35,994 nt of DNA, taken from assembly GCA_026983525.1 (NCBI GenBank), contig JALWHQ010000424.1, forward strand, positions 1 to 35,994. The letters run 5' to 3'. Within the stretch, counting starts at the first letter, position 1. Each line of letters starts with the position of its first letter. Shown here in pieces: positions 33,334 through 35,994 of the stretch. The stretch is from Anaerolineae bacterium. GTDB taxonomy: Bacteria; Chloroflexota; Anaerolineae; JAADDB01. Below the pieces are notes generated by a model that did no database searches, was not told the DNA's origin, and was given only the letters and a program-made list of their open reading frames with translations. Both the position numbers and the translations under genes were made by a program.

Positions 33334-35208
33334 ATGACACACAAACGAGTTCGTCCCTACGGCCTGTGGGATAGCCCCCTCTCGCCCCGCATGATGGCCT
33401 ATGGCCTGCGCCTGACCGATGTGTGCTGGGATACGGACGGTCGGACGTTGGGCTGGGTGGAGGGGCGCTCCGGGCAGAACGTGGTGGTCGTGCAGCAGGA
33501 GGGAGAGGCGCCGCGCGATCTGTTCGCCGAGTACTCCGCGCGCGGGGGCGTCGGCTATGGCGGGGGCGACTTCACCCTGTCCCACGGCTTCGCCTACTTC
33601 GTGCACGAGGGGCGCATTTACCGGCAGCGCCTGGCCGCGGGCGTCGCACGGCCCATCACCCCCCAGTTCGGCGCCGCGGCTTCCCCCACCGTCTCCCGCG
33701 ACGGTCGCTGGCTTATGTACGTCCACACCTACGAGCGCACCGACGTCATCGCGATTGTGGACAGCGAGGGGCAGCAGTGGCCCCAGCGCCTGGTCAGCGG
33801 CGCGGACTTCTACATGCAACCCGTGTGGCATCCTCGCGGCACGCACATCGCCTGGATCGAGTGGGATCATCCCAACATGCCCTGGGATGGCACGCGGCTT
33901 TACCTGGGCCGTGTGGAGGGAGAGCCGCCGCGCCTGGTGGAACACACGTTGATTGCCGGGGACGACGATGTTCCCGTGTTCCAGCCCGCGTTCTCCTCGG
34001 ACGGCCGGTATTTGAGTTACATCATTACCGAGGGTGAGTGGGATCGGCTGGTTCTGTACGATGTGGAGAGTGGACGCGCGCGCGTGCTTCTGGAGGGCGA
34101 GGGGTTGGTGCTGGCCGCGCCGGCGTGGGTGCAGGGATTGCGCGTGTACGGCTGGCGCGGGGATGGCCGCGCCCTCTACGTTCGGCGCAACGACAGGGGC
34201 TTCGCTTCCCTCCTGCGCGTGTGGGTGGAGGACGGCAGGGTGGAGGATGTGCCCCTGGGCGCGTACACGTGGGTCGACCAAGTAACCCCCGCGCCGGAGG
34301 GGGATCGGGTGGCCTTCATTGCCTCGGCCTCGCGTGTGCCCGCGCGTGTGGTGCTGTGGGAAGATGGCACGTTCCGCATCCTGCGGCGAAGCACCACCGA
34401 GAGCATCCCCCTCGACGACCTGGCCGAGCCCGTGCCCATCCAGTGGCAGGCACCCGATGGCACCACCGTGCACGCGCTGTACTATCCCCCCACCAACAGC
34501 CGTTTCGTGGGCGAAGGGCTGCCCCCCGCCATCGTGAACATCCACGGTGGGCCCACGTCGCAGCGGGTGGCGAATTACAACGCGGACGCGCAGTTCTTCA
34601 CCAGTCGGGGGTGGGCCTACGTGGAGATGAATTACCGTGGCAGCACGGGCTACGGGCGCTCGTACATGACCGCGCTGCGCGAGCACTGGGGAGAGTACGA
34701 CGTGGAGGATGCGGTGGGCGCGGCGCGGGCCCTGGCCGAACAAAAGTTGGCCGATCCCAAGCGCCTGGTTATCAAGGGGGGAAGTGCGGGGGGCTACACG
34801 GTGCTCAACGTGCTCGTTCGGCATCCCGGCGTCTTCAAGGCCGGCATTTGCCTCTACGGTGTGACGAACCTCTTCACCCTCGCGGCCGAAACGCACAAGT
34901 TCGAGGAACGCTACCTGGATTCCCTGGTCGGCCTCTTGCCCCAGGCCGCGGCCCGCTATCGCGAGTGGTCCCCCATCTTTCACGCCGACCGCATACGCGA
35001 CCCGATAGCCATCTTTCAGGGCGCGGAGGACAAAGTCGTGCCCCCCAACCAGGCCGAAAGCCTGGTCGCCGTGCTCAAGGCCAACCGGGTTCCGCACATC
35101 TACCGTGTCTACGAAGGGGAAGGCCACGGCTGGCGCCGGGCAGAAACCATCGAGGCCTACTACAAGGACGTGCTCGCCTTCCTGCGGGACTATGTCTTGT
35201 TTGCGTAG
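33334..35208 (+). CDS. S9-family serine peptidase (prolyl oligopeptidase / acylaminoacyl-peptidase-like) with an N-terminal beta-propeller
   Basis: The catalytic motifs are GGSAGGYT (Ser), GAEDKVVPPNQ (Asp) and EGEGHGW (His), with propeller-like repeats upstream. The ATG at 33334 follows GAGGTG. The ORF track opens at 33292, inside repeat E2. Confidence 0.85.
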   Translation: MTHKRVRPYGLWDSPLSPRMMAYGLRLTDVCWDTDGRTLGWVEGRSGQNVVVVQQEGEAPRDLFAEYSARGGVGYGGGDFTLSHGFAYFVHEGRIYRQRLAAGVARPITPQFGAAASPTVSRDGRWLMYVHTYERTDVIAIVDSEGQQWPQRLVSGADFYMQPVWHPRGTHIAWIEWDHPNMPWDGTRLYLGRVEGEPPRLVEHTLIAGDDDVPVFQPAFSSDGRYLSYIITEGEWDRLVLYDVESGRARVLLEGEGLVLAAPAWVQGLRVYGWRGDGRALYVRRNDRGFASLLRVWVEDGRVEDVPLGAYTWVDQVTPAPEGDRVAFIASASRVPARVVLWEDGTFRILRRSTTESIPLDDLAEPVPIQWQAPDGTTVHALYYPPTNSRFVGEGLPPAIVNIHGGPTSQRVANYNADAQFFTSRGWAYVEMNYRGSTGYGRSYMTALREHWGEYDVEDAVGAARALAEQKLADPKRLVIKGGSAGGYTVLNVLVRHPGVFKAGICLYGVTNLFTLAAETHKFEERYLDSLVGLLPQAAARYREWSPIFHADRIRDPIAIFQGAEDKVVPPNQAESLVAVLKANRVPHIYRVYEGEGHGWRRAETIEAYYKDVLAFLRDYVLFA

Positions 35209-35218
35209 GGAGCCCATC

Positions 35219-35326
35219 GAAGAGTGAAGAGTGAAAAGTGAAAAGTGAAAAGTGAATATCCGTGGGGTGACGCCACCTGACTCGTTCCTGCATATGTTCA
35301 CTTTTCACTTTGCACTTCGCACTTCG
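35219..35326. repeat. Heptamer-array hairpin element E3 (same AGTGAAA / TTCACTT unit as E2)
   Basis: The left arm (35223-35257) is AGTGAAG AGTGAAA x3 AGTGAAT. The right arm (35297-35324) is TTCACTT x2 TGCACTT CGCACTT. A perfect 14-bp core pairs 35243-35256 with 35297-35310, with a 40-nt loop. Confidence 0.85.
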
Positions 35327-35337
35327 TATTTCCCCCT

Positions 35338-35366
35338 TTGACGCCCCCCTGCTTCTGGACTATAAT
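35338..35366 (+). promoter_or_regulatory. Near-consensus sigma70-type promoter, TTGACG-17 nt-TATAAT
   Basis: The -35 TTGACG lies at 35338-35343 and the -10 TATAAT at 35361-35366, with exactly 17 nt between them. It lies about 310 nt upstream of the PFOR start, in the same orientation. Confidence 0.5.
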
Positions 35367-35515
35367 CCAGACCGAACAGGTGAGGAAGCGTGCTTCCCCG
35401 CGCCCGCTGTTCGGCAGCGGCGAGGGAGGTTCGCACAATGACGTGCCCCTGCTTTCTCCGTCGCTATGCTTCCCCACACCACGGGCAGGAGCATTGAGCG
35501 CGCGGCAAAAAAGGC

Positions 35516-35662
35516 GATACGTGAAGGCGTGATGCGTGAAGGCGTGATGCGTAATGCGTAATGCGTGATGCGTGATGTGAAACTTCGTGTTGTGTAAGGC
35601 ATTATGTATAAGGGTCGATCCGTGGATGGCGTGTTACGCATTACGCATTACGAATTACGGAT
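35516..35662. repeat. Heptamer-array hairpin element E4 (unit RATGCGT / TACGCAT), preceded by a 15-mer duplicated in tandem
   Basis: GATACGTGAAGGCGT (35516-35530) and GATGCGTGAAGGCGT (35531-35545) are followed by GATGCGT AATGCGT AATGCGT GATGCGT. The right arm (35635-35662) is TACGCAT x2 TACGAAT TACGGAT. A perfect 16-bp core pairs 35550-35565 with 35637-35652. The element ends 3 nt before the PFOR SD sequence. Confidence 0.85.
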
Positions 35663-35677
35663 TTAGGAGGCAAAACG

Positions 35678-35994
35678 ATGGCCGATAAACGGAGCGAGTT
35701 TCCCTACCCGGGGATTCCGACGACGTCGGATGGGACGGGAACGGTGGTTTGGGTCGAGACGAATGTGACGCAGGGCGCGTGCGCGTACCCCATCACGTCC
35801 TCGACGAACATGGGCGTGGAGTACGCGCGCGCCGTAGCCAACGGCCAGCGCAACCTCTGGGGCGAGCCGCTGGTCTTCATGGAGCCCGAGTCGGAGCACT
35901 CGTCCGCGTCCGCGGCGGAGGGCTTCGCGCTCGCGGGCGGCCGCGTGACCAACTTCACCTCCGGGCAGGGCCTGGTGCTGATGAAGGAGGTCCT
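35678..35994 (+). CDS. Pyruvate:ferredoxin (flavodoxin) oxidoreductase / 2-oxoacid:ferredoxin oxidoreductase, N-terminal fragment; runs off the right edge
   Basis: Hand translation from the ATG at 35678 (AGGAGG at 35665-35670) gives MADKRSEFPYPGIPTTSDGTGTVVWVETNVTQGACAYPITSSTNMGVEYARAVANGQRNLWGEPLVFMEPESEHSSASAAEGFALAGGRVTNFTSGQGLVLMKEV. The YPITSS...E.ESEHSAASA..G pattern is typical of the PFOR/OFOR alpha domain. It is absent from the ORF track, which appears to list only ORFs complete within the window. Confidence 0.75.
   Translation, partial: MADKRSEFPYPGIPTTSDGTGTVVWVETNVTQGACAYPITSSTNMGVEYARAVANGQRNLWGEPLVFMEPESEHSSASAAEGFALAGGRVTNFTSGQGLVLMKEV

Noticed and set aside
33301-35301. 666-aa minus-strand ORF and 398-aa plus-strand alternate-frame ORF (34038-35234) over the S9 peptidase gene
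   Set aside because: The composition is the same Arg/Gly/Pro-rich type and there are no motifs. The +1 frame at 33334-35208 carries the complete Ser-Asp-His peptidase signature. The minus ORF also reads through the E2 and E3 repeats.
35338-35641. ORF-track entries 35338-35532 (+, 64 aa) and 35360-35641 (-, 93 aa) in the PFOR upstream region
   Set aside because: The plus ORF starts inside the -35 box with no SD. The minus ORF is a read-through of the heptamer arrays (ITPSRITPSRI). Neither looks like a real protein. Only the 19-codon sORF at 35438-35497 has an SD, and it is reported as speculative.
1-35994. Mobile element, prophage or defence island
   Set aside because: No integrase, transposase, recombinase, restriction or toxin-like motif, tRNA attachment site, or long terminal inverted or direct repeat pair was seen. 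The GC mosaic is reported separately as an observation only.

Overview
This 36-kb window looks like an ordinary chromosomal segment of a high-GC bacterium. Hand counts on single 60-nt lines give about 43-70% GC depending on the gene. The taxon cannot be fixed from the sequence; a thermophilic Chloroflexota-like monoderm is only a guess, based on Pro-Thr-linker exoproteins, a UgtP/MGDG-synthase-like glycosyltransferase, AOR and PFOR.

I support 30 protein-coding genes, two of them truncated at the window edges. I found no rRNA, tRNA, CRISPR array, transposase or integrase.

Gene content, left to right:
- ctaA (partial)
- an orphan ParA-like ATPase overlapping a basic-tailed, disordered membrane protein
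- hom, aroK, rtcB
- a minus-strand run of dksA/traR-like, upp, dCMP deaminase and tungsten-type aldehyde:ferredoxin oxidoreductase
- a gene for a 1553-aa secreted glycoside-hydrolase-like protein with three CBM9-like modules joined by Pro-Thr linkers
- thrC
- a run of four closely spaced plus-strand genes, two junctions overlapping: GT4, polyprenyl-phosphate sugar transferase, M20 hydrolase, GT28
- an eight-gene minus-strand run: pfkB kinase, parA, SAM methyltransferase, parB, membrane bactofilin-like protein, M1 peptidase, GT4, CBS protein
- an ABC-2 exporter pair, prs, an S9 peptidase and the start of PFOR

The most unusual observations are:
1. The second ParA-type ATPase is paired with a protein that has a Lys/Arg-rich N-terminal tail. 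This may be an uncharacterised positioning system.
2. Four intergenic hairpin elements between 32.1 and 35.7 kb have arms built from tandem heptanucleotide arrays. Two copies with the same unit flank the S9 peptidase gene.
3. The parA/parB locus is non-canonical. A methyltransferase and a 19-bp tandem duplication sit between parA and parB, and a bactofilin-like membrane protein starts 6 nt after parB.
4. GC content steps sharply at gene junctions.

All functional calls rest on motif recognition by eye. No database search was possible.
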